Source of the DNA: the human T2T-CHM13v2.0 reference genome, Homo sapiens
Direction of reading: 5' to 3'
Assembly (NCBI GenBank): GCA_009914755.4
Contig: CP086569.2
Coordinates: forward strand, 21,824,001 to 21,888,000
DNA length: 64,000 bases
Positions within the stretch are counted from its first letter, which is position 1. Each line of letters starts with the position of its first letter. Shown one piece after another: positions 1-12,615 of the stretch. Under the pieces are notes generated by a model, which saw only the letters and a program-made list of their open reading frames with translations, was not told the origin of the DNA and did not search any database. Made by a program: the position numbers and the translations under genes.

Positions 1-486
1 ACCAATCAGACATAGATTTGGTCTTTTCACATAGTCCCATATTTCTCGGAGGCTTTGCTCATTTCTTTTTATTCTTTTTTCTCTAGACTTCCCTTCTCAC
101 TTCATTTCATTCATTTCATCTTCCATCACTGATACCCTTTCTTCCAGTTGATCGCATCGGCTCCTGAGGCTTCTGCATTCTTCTAGTAGTTCTGGAGCCT
201 TGGTTTTCAGCTCCATCAGCTCATTTAAGCACTTCTCTGGATTGGTTATTCTAGTTATACATTCTTCTAAATTTTTTTCAAAGTTTTCAACTTCTTTGCC
301 TTTGGTTTGAATGTCCTCCCATAGCGCAGAGTAATTTGATCATCTGAAGCCTTCTTCTCTCAGCTCGTCAAAGTCATTCTCCATCCAGCTTTATTCCGTT
401 GCTGGTGAGGAACGGCGTTCCTTTAGAGGAGGAGAGGTGCTCTGCTTTGTAGATTTTCCAGTTTTTCTGTTCTGTTTTTTCCCCAT
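1..486 (-). pseudogene. L1 ORF1 N-terminal part, disrupted by an in-frame stop about 33 codons after the ATG
   Basis: The minus-strand translation begins MGKKQNRKTGKSTKQSTSPPLKERRSSPATE then a stop. The downstream MENDFDELREEGFR-like sequence is present. This matches the L1 ORF1p N-terminus. Confidence 0.7.
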
Positions 487-1397
487 CTTTGTGGTTTTAT
501 CTACTTTTGGTCTTTGATGATGGTGATGTACAGATGGGTTTTTGGTGTGGATGTCCTTTCTGTTTGTTCGTTTTCCTTCTAACAGACAGGACCCTCAGCT
601 GCAGGTCTGTTAGAGTGCCCTGCAGTGTGATGTGTCAGTGTGCCCCTGCCGAGGGGTGCCTCCCATTTATGGTGCTCGGGGGTCAGGGGTCAGGGACCCA
701 CTTGAGTAGGCAGTCTGCCCATTCTCAGATCTCCAGCTGCGTGCTGGGAGAACCACTGCTCTCTTCAAAGCTCTCAGGCAGGGTCATTTAAGTCTGCAGA
801 AGTTACTGCTGTCTTTTTGTTTGTCTGTGCCCTGCCCCCAGAGGTGGAGCCTACAGAGGCAGGCAGGCCTCCTTGAGCTGTGGTGGGCTCCACCCAATTC
901 GAGCTTCCCGGCTGCTTTGTTTACTAATCAAGCCTGGGCAATGGCAGGCTCCCCTCCCCCAGCCTCGCTGCCGCCTTGCAGTTTGATCTCAGACTGCTGT
1001 GCTAGCAATCAGCGAGACTCTGTGGACGTCGGACCCTCCGAGCCAGGTGCGGGATATAATCCTGTGGTGCACTATGTTTTAAGCCTATTGGAAAAGTGCA
1101 GCATTCTGGTGGGAGTGATCCGATTTTCCATGTGCCCCGGGTCCCTCACCCATTTCTTTGACTCAGAAAGGGAACTCCCTGACCCCTTGCGCTTCCCAAG
1201 TGAGACAATGCCTCTCCCTGCTTCAGCTCGTGCACGGTGCATGCACCCACTGACCCGCACCCACTGTCTGGCACTCCCTAGTGAGATGAACCCGTTACCT
1301 CAGATGGAAATGCAGAAATCACCCTTCTTCTGTGTCACTCACGCTGGGAGCTGTAGACCGGAGCTGTTCCTATTCGGCCATCTTGGCTCCTCCTCCC
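1..1397 (-). mobile_element. LINE-1 (young L1PA-type) 5' portion: 5'UTR plus N-terminal ORF1, continuing leftwards out of the window
   Basis: The reverse complement of 1355-1397 reads aggggaggaggagccaagatggccgaataggaacagctcc, the canonical L1 5'UTR start. The reverse complement of 484-486 is the ORF1 ATG (atggggaaaaaacagaacag...). Region 1-1397 is about 95% identical to 61797-63188, the 5' end of the full-length L1 at the other end of the window. Confidence 0.9.
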
Positions 1398-1825
1398 CTC
1401 TGTTCTATTGTGTTTTTGAACCCTTAATATTGGGTGTTGAAAGGGTTGTTTCAGGGTTTGAGGATTCCCTGCATTTTTAGGTTATTAATAGTGGCTTCTA
1501 GTCCTTTCCCAGCCTCTGACTTTAGGGGACATTTTCTCTGGTTAGAAAAAGAAGTGGGATCCTTAGGATGAATCCAGACTGGTCTAGGACTGATAGCATG
1601 GCCTATTCTTCCTTGAGTTGTCCACACTTCTGGAATAATATTAATTTCCACCAGGGGAAGACAAAGAGTTTGTCCTGGAGCCATAACAATGCTGGCCCCT
1701 ATGCAAGCTAAAATATATCTTCTTAATAAAGTAATAAGACTTTCAGATAATATTAAGGAGGCATGTATAAATAATATGTCCCCCAACTACAACTAAGCAT
1801 TTGAGAAAAAATATTGTGTTAGAAC

Positions 1826-2020
1826 TTTCTTGAGACACCCATCATGATCATGGGAAGAGGAAAGGCCTGGATTGGATAAAAGAAGACAGAGACTGATTTC
1901 AGTGTCCAGAAGAAGGTCCACCGTCCTTACTTCAACTTTGAGAAACCCCCAGGACTCCTGAGCAGTAAAGGCATATTCAACTGCAGGAGCCAATGTATGA
2001 GCCCTGAGACTCATCAGTCC
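1826..2020. repeat. Copy 1 of a ~190 bp dispersed direct repeat (family unknown)
   Basis: The stretch gagacacccatcatgatcatgggaagaggaaaggcctggattggataaaagaagacagagactgatttcagtgtccagaagaaggtccacc...gagccctgagactca recurs at 3587-3780 at about 90% identity. Confidence 0.6.
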
Positions 2021-3358
2021 TGCTGAGCCACCTGTGAGAACAGTTCTCAACCATGTAACCTGCATTTCCAGGCGCAGTCCGATCTTCAATGGTCCCCAGG
2101 GCCAATGTGGCTTCTTCTTGATGTCTGGGAAATTCTTTTAAAATTGCTGTGACTTGCCACATTAATAGCAATGAACAGGTGGACCTTGAGGATCCTGGAC
2201 TTTGCAAACCTGAAAAGCAGCCATTAGAACCTTGTCCTTCTCTTTCACTTCCTATCTTTCTTCTGGGCCTCCTCCTGGCCCCTAGTATGAAAGACTAAGG
2301 TGGCCACCCTCAGGAGGTTTTCTAAGCTTTTACCTCATTTCTATATCCTGCTTCTTCAGTTTCTTTCTAGTGTCAGGAGCTGCCTGTGTCATAAACTTTT
2401 TCTTTACGATTAACTGTCCCTCAACTGAATCAGGGAATAAGGAGGTGTGTTTTATTAGTTTCCCTTACAGCCTTTCCATCAAGTCTGAGGAATTATTATC
2501 TGGCTTTTGGTCTACCATGGAAAGTTTAGAATAATTAAGAGATTGAGCCGTAGTTCTAAGCAGGCCCTCTAATATGCACTTTACAAAAGTATTTTCTTTT
2601 CCATTTATCTGTGGGTTCATTTCCTTTACTATTGGGAATGACGATTTTTTCTATTGCTTTGCCTCCTCTGTCTCTTTTTTTCCTTTCTGGCCTACTATAG
2701 GAGACATATTGCTTATCTCTGAATTTCTCTGTTACCTGCAGTGCTGCCTGTTTTTCATCAGTGGTTAGGGTTTTCCTTAGGAGCAGCATAACATCACTTC
2801 ATGTCAGGTCAAACATTTAGTTAAATTTTGGAAAACTTTTATATTCCCTATTGGGGTCATCAGAAAATCAACCCAAGTCTCCCTTTATTTGCCCAAGGTT
2901 CTGCAATGAGAAAAAAACTTGAACTCTATGGGCATCAATTCTGTTGGTCATTTTCTGTAGGTGTAAGAGCAAAGCTGAGATAGTGGAAAATTTTGGAGAT
3001 GTTGTACCAAAATGTGTTGATGGAGTTGTTGGTGGGTGCCCTAAATAAGGGGGACAAAAAGAGCCAGGACACCCAATAGCTGTCTCAGATGATTCCCACA
3101 AAATTTATTTCTTAAGTGTTGGGGAACTATTCCCTTTGAGGCTTCCCTTTAAAGACTGCTAAGAGAACTGGGTTGATTGTGCAACACTTACGTGGTTCTG
3201 GGCTTTCTCATAGGGCAAAGAAAGCCTGTACATAGAGAAACTGAGATCATTTGTTCTCCCCTCTACATAAAAGATCTGATTGTTGGATAATATTAAAATC
3301 AAGCCTTCCTTCAAAAGATGAGATCCATTCAATATAGTAAGAAGACCACATTCTTATG

Positions 3359-3362
<4 letters not shown>

Positions 3363-3421
<59 letters not shown>
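3363..3421. repeat. (TA)n microsatellite
   Basis: About 29 perfect TA dinucleotide units. Confidence 0.95.
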
Positions 3422-3425
<4 letters not shown>

Positions 3426-3586
3426 TGCTTTTTCTTCAAAGTCTCAGGGTCAAAGGAGTACCAGTGCTTCAGAAAGCACTTCAAGCAGGCTGAAGACAGA
3501 TAGAGAGATAGGGGAACAAGGATTAATTCAGCCCCATCCTTCCTTCGGAATGACCCATGGTGGAAATTTCCTACCTACTGGGAGTT

Positions 3587-3780
3587 TCTTGAGACACCCA
3601 TCATGATCATGGGAAGAGGAAAGGCCTGGATTGGATAAAAGAAGACAGAGACTGATTTCAGTGTCCAGAAGAAGGTCCACCCTCCTTACTTCAACTTTGA
3701 GAAACCCCTAGGACTCCTGAGCAGTAATGGTAGTTTCAACAGCAGGAGCCAGTGGTTTGAGCCCTGAGACTCAAATGGGA
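3587..3780. repeat. Copy 2 of the ~190 bp dispersed direct repeat
   Basis: Near-identical to 1826-2020 (same orientation). Confidence 0.6.
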
Positions 3781-5130
3781 GTTTCGTACATACTGTTTTC
3801 CCTCCCTGGTTTCTTGGACTCCAACATCTGTTAAAATTGCAGCCTATGGATTTAGCCATGACTCTAATCCAAGGATCTGGAAAAGCTAGGTGGTGATAAT
3901 AGTCGTGCTTACCCACAGAGAACCTGAGAACCTTAGTCATCTGCTGGTGATTTCTGTTTGACTTCCTAGATTTGTATCATCTGTGTGGCTTCACAATAGA
4001 TGTATTTTGGAAATAATATGTATCCTTTGCACTTGATCAAGGCCCCTTAACAGATGAAGTGTACTGGGTTGAGCTCTATATTCTGCTGTTATGTCCCAGA
4101 CTACAGTATGCATTCTTAAGCAGTGGTTTTGGTTAACCTCTAGACCTACAATCCTTTACTATTTAAGTACCATTCTAATTGAGAGGCAAAATAGGTGTCT
4201 TAAAACAACACAGGGACTGAATGGCTGTTTTCTTGCTGATGTGATAATATTGGGTTAAAATTTGCTTTCAGAGGATATTTTCCTCCTCATTATTGAGTTT
4301 TCCCATTCACAGAAGTGGCATGAAGGCTGATCTCTAGTAGAGACACACAAAATGGAAGGAGAATTGGGGCACTAGAGGTTTTCGGCAAAAAACCAATAAG
4401 GTTCCTCATGGAGAGACTTTTCATTCCACTAAGTGGCCCTGTAGACCTTGAAATACCAGGCAGTAACTTTATTTCCATGTGTTCTCCAGACAAAAGGTAA
4501 AAAGAGGAGGATGTTCACTGGGTGTAAAATCTTCTGTTTCTAGAAAAATCACAAAAAATTCTATTCCTTGAGTTACGTTTCCACTTACTATGGCACTTGA
4601 TGATCCTGCTTATTTCCCTGAGCTGTAAGAACTCAAAAAACATTGCATATGAAGAGGTGTTAGAAAACATAATGACCATAAAAGGAAAGAAGAAAATTGC
4701 GATAAAAAAAAAGTTTGAAGATCATGTTGTTGACAATCAATGGGCTACTGGGCACTGGAGTTAGTGCAGAAGGCTTCAGGTAACAATGGGGTATGACCTC
4801 AGCCAGAGACCTTCAGTTGCCTCAGGAGCTCTTCCAGCCCCATGGAATGGCTTTGCTCTCTGTGAAAGGAAACTAGCTGGTAACAGAGCCAACATTCTCA
4901 GCATCCTAAGGGCCCTGGGGGATTAGCTAAATGCTCTGAGGCAGATAAGCCTCCACAATGAAGAAGTTTTGTCAAACAACCTGAAGAACCTGAAGTTATT
5001 GGTCTCCTGGCCACAGAGATCAAGGATACAGACACACAAAAGTTGAAGTTAACTGCAGAAATCTAATAGGTTAAAGAAAAAAGAATAGCTGTCTGCTACA
5101 GAGAGGGGTTTTGGATAAATAAGTTGATGA

Positions 5131-5457
<327 letters not shown>

Positions 5458-6944
5458 AAATGCAGTGGTTTTTTATACATGAGTCAGAGAGTAGGCAGTG
5501 TCTGATCAACATAGAGCATAAAAAATTGGTTAGGATCAGATATGTTATCTGCATAGGGTGTGAGTCTCTGGAAGTCCACAACCCCAGTCTTTTGTTATGC
5601 AGACAAGTAGCTACTCCATGTTGCTCATTTCTTCCTTCTTGTACATGTGCTAACAAAAAAGTAAGCATTGCTATGTACTTTATTTATTAATTTATTAACT
5701 ATTTCTGAGTGCTTATCCTGAGTGCCCAACAGACATGTAGGGTAAGCACCTAAACCTGGGCAGTAAATTACATACCTTATATTTCTCTCTCCCACAACCA
5801 CATCTTGAGTCTTTTAATCAGTGTGTTAAGATTCAGTAACCTACTAGACAAACCAGTTTCTAAATATATTAAAAGTAAAGAGAAAGTAACAGAGAATTAC
5901 ATTTTCTCTCAACAAAGCCATGCTTGCAATCCTATTGTTTCACTGCAGATGAAAATGTCCTATTTCAAGTGTCAGAAGCTGAATATTAATTTTTTCCATT
6001 TATAGGTACAGTCTTGTTGCTGTGACAATCCTAATGCCCTCTGCAGTAGACAGATGACTTGGGCTAACTAGCAACATTAAGTACGAGAAGGAAAAGGAGA
6101 AAAGTGCTTTTATATGCTTCAAAAATATTATTCCAAATATAGATACCTCTTCTGTTATATGAGAGCAGAGAGAACATTGCACAGCTCCTCTCCTGGCTTG
6201 GAAGGTCAACATTACAATATTACTTTATTCCACAGTCCTGAGGTATTAATCTAAAATTATACCTCATGATCAAATTAATGTGTAGTTCTAATTAATATGT
6301 GTTAAGGAAGAGTATAATGCCTGAGTAACAGAGCCACTTATATTATGTTATTTAAAAATAGAACACCCACATCTTGACAGTGCTTTGCCTTCAAATAAGA
6401 CAACCAGTTTTATTTGTGGCAGTTGTAATTTAAAAGTGTGTTTTGAGGCCTGGGCACACCATGGAGAACAGATCTGTCAACAGTTTCTTAACATGAAATA
6501 AACACAGATTTACAAATTATTTTGTTATGGAGAATAATACAAGGAGGACACAATTTACATGAGAGCTCAGGAATTCCCTTTTGGGAAAAGTGGCATTTGA
6601 TCACATACCTGAAGACTTAGTAGAATTAGGACTGGGAAAAATGGGGCAAGATGTTCCACAATCAGAGGAAATAAATATTGTACCATCCTGTAATAAAACA
6701 ATGGTCAGTGAGGCAATAATAAAATTAAAGTTAAAAGGCAGGCAGGGGGTCTCATGATGCTGACCCATGTGAGCCAAGGAGTAGGGTTTGGATTTTATTC
6801 TAATGCAGCACAAAACTGCTGAAGGATTTTAAGTATAAAAGCAACATGAATACTCTTCTCCGTACATTTTTGCCTGTCTTTCAGATAGTATCTTTAGGAT
6901 AGGTTTTTAATCATAGACTTATGTTGTCAATGACATAGATTTTT

Positions 6945-7195
6945 GTAAGCCTCTTGGTATGTATTTTGAAAGATTTAATATCCATCCAGTTTCCTAACAA
7001 CAGTGTATAAGAGTGTTCATTTTGCTTTCAACAGCATTATCACTAGAAAAGTATTCTGTCATTTGGGAAAAAACAATGTTATACTATTTTAATGCATCAT
7101 TTTACTAGTAAATTTGAATATTTGTCAGTGTTTATTAATATTTTATATTTCTTCTTTTTGTAAATTATCCATGGCTTTCTTCTTTTTTGGGGGGA
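6945..7195 (-). repeat. Ancient L1 (L1M-like) 3'-end fragment, copy 1 of a local duplicate pair
   Basis: The stretch tcctaacaacagtgtataagagtgttcattttgctttcaacagcattatc resembles the antisense of the L1 segment ccaccaacagtgtaaaagtgttcctatttctccacatcctc. It is about 80% identical to 7775-8030. Confidence 0.35.
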
Positions 7196-7774
7196 GAAAT
7201 ATTGACATTTATTTTTCTGATGTGAGATCTTTTTTTACATTTGAAGACTAGTACCCTAGTTCTTATTTCTTACATATATATTTTCTAGTTTGTTAATATT
7301 TTATTTTTAGTTATACAGTTTTTCTTACTTTACAAAGGTAACTACTTAATAAAAACCATTATCCACATTTAAAAATGCCATTACTATTACTTTAGAGAAA
7401 AGGTTATGTGTTTTTGAGTTCCCCTAAATGTGATACCAAGTCTCACTGAAATTAATCTGTTCATTTCATTCATTCACGTTAGTAATCATACCACAATATA
7501 ACACTTACTGTTCACTAAATTTTTTATATGATGTGCTGTTTATCTGCATTCCTGGGGCTTTTCCTTAGCTATTCTATACTGCCTCTTTTCCCTTACTATC
7601 TTAGACCCTTGCCTGTCTTCACAATCTACTAGATAAAACCATGTTATGACTTAGGGTATATGAAAATAACTACTTTGGTCTTCTGGACTGTCTCCCATCA
7701 AACTATTGGCCCCCAGGTGCACACCCTCATATTTATTCAGGTGAGGGACAAATGAAATATATCAAATTGTTTTA

Positions 7775-8030
7775 AAAGCCTCTTGGTATGCATTTCAAAA
7801 GAGTTAATATCAATCCAATTTCCTACCAGCATTGTATAAGAGTGTTCATTTTTCTAACCCTCAATAGCATTATTATTGGAAAAGAACTCTGACATTTGAA
7901 GAAAAGCAATGTTATGTCACTTTAAAGTGTATTTTTTATTACTAATAAATTTGAGTATTTATTAATTGTTCATATTTCTTCTTTTGTAAATTATCAATAG
8001 CCAGCCTTTGTGTTTTATGTGGGGAGGGAC
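7775..8030 (-). repeat. Ancient L1 (L1M-like) 3'-end fragment, copy 2
   Basis: The stretch gcctcttggtatgcatttcaaaagagttaatatcaatccaatttcctaccagcattgtataagagtgttcatttttc is collinear with 6945-7195. Confidence 0.35.
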
Positions 8031-9215
8031 ACTGGTACTTATCTTGCTTGATAAATACAATCTCATTTGGAAAATAGATCAAAGGGTCATTCTAGGCAAA
8101 ATCAATAAGGAATTCAGGATAAGTTATTAAATGTTCTTTAGGTTGAGAGATGGCATCTGGGTATAATATGTGAAATGTTGTCAAAAATGTATAATTGGGG
8201 AGAAATGTAGAGTTACACAGCCATTTCTTTCCTAAAATGTAAGCTTCCTTTTATACAGATATGATGATGTCTTACAGGAGTGGCTGCTGTAAAATATAGA
8301 GAACCATGCAGTTCTCTGTTTTACAGATGAAGTAACAGATTTTTAAAGTTAATTAACTGAAAGTTCTTAATTGTTGGAACTCCTGGACCAACATTCAAAG
8401 CAGGTATGGCTTTCTTTTCTTCTGAAATTCTTTAACCGTTCTACTTAATTTTAATAAAGTGTGTTTATTTTTAAAATAAATTAAAATTATTTTGTGATGT
8501 TCTTTGAGATAACATTTTTTCAGGATCTGTCAGAATGAGGTCTGTGAATGATTTAAACTATTATATTTATGTGATTGGTGTTTATCATAGATAAACATTC
8601 CATTTCTAAATTCTAACTTAGTCTTAGAGACTTGCTATAAAAAGATATTGATAAATTGGATCATAATCCCAAAATTTCAACAAATCTCTATCTAATGATT
8701 TTCAGGTGGTGGGCATGTGCCAAAAAGCTCAATAGATACCTGAAACCTGGGATAGTACTTATTTACACTGTTTTCTCCTACACAACCTACAAACATGCCT
8801 ATAATAAAGTTTAATTTATAAGTGAGGCACAATGAGAGATTAGTAACACTAACAATAAAATAAAACTATACTGTACTGTAGTGTGGCCACTGGCACCTGA
8901 AACCAGTTTTAAATTCCTAGTCCAAGAGATGAGAGGACTCTGCTGACTGATTTTCTTTGACTCCCAGTAGGAAATGGTCACTAGGAAAAACAGGTGAATA
9001 TTATAAATGTATGCTGATTTTTGAGCCATTCTTAAACCATGGTTTAAAAAAATCATCACTAATTTGTTCTAGGATTACTCTCCATAAAAGATAACCTACC
9101 TTTCCTCATGCAAGTCTGCAGTGTTTTTGCCATGTTGATGATGAGTAGTCCTGTTCTCTTCCCAGTCCTGTTTTCACAGAGGTGAAAGGAGGAACTTAAT
9201 GTATCCCTATTGTAA

Positions 9216-9519
<304 letters not shown>

Positions 9520-9927
9520 AAAGCAAGTTTATTGGGAATGTAAAGGAATGTAAAAATGGCTACTCCATAGACAAAGCAGATCCAATGGCTGCTGGTTGCC
9601 CATTTTTTATGGTTATTTCTTGATTATATGCTAAACAAGGGGTGGATTATGTATGCCTCTGCTTTATAAGCCATATAGGAAAACAGCCTGATGTTTCCAT
9701 GGCATCTGTTAACTGTCATGGTGGTGGTTGGAGTTTAGCAATGAGGACAAACAGAAATCACTCCCATGGCTGTCTTGGTTCTGGTAAGATTTAGCCACCT
9801 TCTTTACTGCAACCTGTTTTATCAGCAAGGTCTTTATGACCAGTACTTTGTTCTGAATTCCTCTTTCATCTGTGACATAGAATGCCTTTATAATATGGAA
9901 ATGCAGCCTAGTAGGTCTCAGCCTCAT

Positions 9928-10812
9928 TTTTTTTTTTAATGTTTTTTTTTTTGTTATTATACTCTAAGTTTTAGGGTACATGTGCACATTGTGCAGGTTA
10001 GTTACATATGTATACATGTGCCATGCTGGTGCGCTGCACCCACTAACGTGTCATCTAGCATTAGGTATATCTCCCAATGCTATCCCTCCCCCCTCCCCCG
10101 ACCCCACCACAGTCCCCAGAGTGTGATATTCCCCTTCCTGTGTCCATGTGATCTCATTGTTCAATTCCCACCTATGAGTGAGAATATGCAGTGTTTGGTT
10201 TTTTGTTCTTGCGATAGTTTACTGAGAATGATGGTTTCCAATTTCATCCATGTCCCTACAAAGGACATGAACTCATCATTTTTTATGGCTGCATAGTATT
10301 CCATGGTGTATATGTGCCACATTTTCTTAATCCAGTCTATCATTGTTGGACATTTGGGTTGGTTCCAAGTCTTTGCTATTGTGAATAGTGCCGCAATAAA
10401 CATACGTGTGCATGTGTCTTTATAGCAGCACGATTTATAGTCCTTTGGGTATATACCCAGTAATGGGATGGCTGGGTCAAATGGTATTTCTAGTTCTAGA
10501 TCCCTGAGGAATCGCCACACTGACTTCCACAATGGTTGAACTAGTTTACAGTCCCACCAACAGTGTAAAAGTGTTCCTATTTCTCCACATCCTCTCCAGC
10601 ACCTGTTGTTTCCTGACTTTTTAATGATTGCCATTCTAACTGGTGTGAGATCATATCTCATAGTGGTTTTGATTTGCATTTCTCTGATGGCCAGTGATGA
10701 TGAGCATTTCTTCATGTGTTTTTTGGCTGCATAAATGTCTTCTTTTGAGAAGTGTCTGTTCATGTCCTTCGCCCACTTTTTGATGGAGTTGTTTGTTTTT
10801 TTCAGCCTCATT
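9928..10812 (-). mobile_element. LINE-1 3' fragment (very young L1PA2/L1HS-like): ORF2 C-terminus, 3'UTR and poly-A
   Basis: A poly-T run at 9928-9958 is followed by attatactctaagttttagggtacatgtgcacattgtgcaggttagttacatatgtatacatgtgccatgctggtgcgctgcaccc, which is the reverse complement of the L1 3'UTR. The 216-aa minus ORF at 10161-10811 matches the ORF2p C-terminus (...[57 protein letters not shown]...SLIGGN). Confidence 0.92.
10080..10811 (-). pseudogene. L1 ORF2 C-terminal fragment, truncated at its 5' end
   Basis: Six-frame ORF 10161..10811 (-) is collinear with the L1 ORF2p C-terminal ~240 residues. Confidence 0.85.
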
Positions 10813-12420
10813 TTACTGAGCTCCTATTCTAGATGAATATGCTCTTGTTCACAGGCCTCTCACAGTATCTTTCTTTTTGATGATAGGATTTAAATGATGG
10901 TAGAATAACCTAAACAAAAGCATTCACACTTCTTAGACTTTCATATTCTGACTCCATGAGCATGGGGCAGGCACCAGGTTTACCCAGGGCTGAGTGGCAG
11001 CTGGCACCTGACAATGACCCTATCATACGTCAGGCTTATTATCAGCTCCTGGCTGCACCATGCTTGCACCTACGCAGCTTTAACATGTGTGACGTGCATG
11101 TGTGGAGACAGAGAAATATGCTGAAACAAATTTTAGATACAGGCAGGAAGGACAGTAGGTGGGGAAGGTCAGAGAAGCATGCACAGCTGGAGCAAAGGCT
11201 GCCACCAGCTGGCTCATGGCATACAAGTCTGGCCTCCAGCTCTGGAGCCCCTCATGGACTGCCTGGTTCAGGTGCCACTTTCCTGCCCAGTCACCAGCCA
11301 CAGGCACCTTTATTGATGAAATAAACTCTGTGGGTGAGTGGTCTTTGGTGGAGATCCAGTGGGGACTGTTGCCAACCCTTGCAACATTGCCATGTGAGTG
11401 TCTGTTGAGGCCTCCCTTGAACCCAATTTTCCTAACAGTGTTGCCCAACTTCCTGCCACTCCAGTACCAGAGGCACAGGTGCCACAGGGAGACACAGAAA
11501 GTGTGGGTGATGGGGTCCCACACCCTGCAGGCCATCACCCTGCATGTAGCACCTGGCACTCAACCTTCTTGCCTCCCTCACCCAGGCACCATCCTTCTGT
11601 TCTCTGAGATGGAGTATTACAAGCAAGCCTGGATCCTTTGGAGCCAAGCTGTTCATGGTGTCAGGGCAAGGGAAGCTGAAAAGGAAGAAGGAGACCAGCA
11701 AGGAGAAGAAAGAGATGGCCTAAGCATGCCCCCACTCACACCCATTGCCCACCAAAAGCCCAATGGGATCTTGCCAGAGGAAAGAAGGTAGTACCCTGGG
11801 GGCAGCAGGTGGTGGAGAAGTTGCTGGAGCATGTCTAAGAGTCAAACTTTCTAAAATTCTTGAAAAGATTTATTCTGAGTCAAATATGAATGAGCATGGC
11901 CTATGACACGGCCCTCAGGGGGTCCTGAGAACATGTACCCAGGATGTTTGGTGCAGTTTGGTTTTATTCATTTTAGAGGCATGAGACACCAAACAAATAT
12001 ATTTAAGAAATACATTTGTTTTGTTCAGAAAGTCAGGACAACTCAAAGCAGGGTTCAGGGAGATGCTTCCAGATTGTAGGTAAATTTACATATTTTCTGG
12101 TTGGCAATTTGTAGAGTTTATCTAAAGACCTGAGAACAGAAGAAAGAAAATGTTCAGATAAGATAAAAGGTTTTGGAAACCAAGGTTCTTTTGAAGTCTT
12201 ATAGTTGCTGCTCTGAGTGACAATATAAGGCAAATGTTTCCTATACAGATCTTTAAAAGGTGCTAGACCCTTAGTCTCTTAGTCTCTTTAGGATTGAGGG
12301 AGACTGGAAGAAAAATATCTAGTGATGTTAACAGAGATTAATTACAAATGCAAATTTTTCCCCACAAAGAACAGCATTGTAGGGCCATTTCAAGATATGG
12401 TGGAGAAACATCTTTGGGGT

Positions 12421-12442
12421 AAAATATATATATATATATATT
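12421..12442. repeat. (TA)n short microsatellite
   Basis: atatatatatatatatat. Confidence 0.8.
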
Positions 12443-12574
12443 TCTTTGTCACAAAATGTTTTGCCAAAGTCATATTGGAAAGTAAGTTACAATATGTTTG
12501 GTTAAATAAAATCTATCTCATGAAAATTTATAATTTTTAGGTCAAAACTCTCCAGACCTCTTATATAGGAATTT

Positions 12575-12615
12575 GGGCAAGATAAAAAACAAACAAACAA
12601 ACAAAAAAAAACAGA
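12575..12615. repeat. (CAAA)n / A-rich simple repeat
   Basis: aaaaaacaaacaaacaaacaaaaaaaaacag. Confidence 0.8.

Noticed and set aside
2556-2789. Small ORFs in unique regions (for example 2556..2789, 2868..3101, 3686..3940, 4290..4493)
   Set aside because: They are 60-90 codons long with no motifs, in AT-rich non-coding sequence. Frames of this length are expected by chance.
11159-11791. The 210-aa plus-strand ORF, which is the longest non-retroelement ORF (it overlaps minus ORF 11080..11559)
   Set aside because: It has no recognisable domain or motif, and overlapping ORFs of similar length lie on the other strand. It is most likely a chance frame in GC-rich non-coding DNA. The region contains an AATAAA (11322-11327) and may be an unclassified LTR or other repeat, but I cannot support a family.
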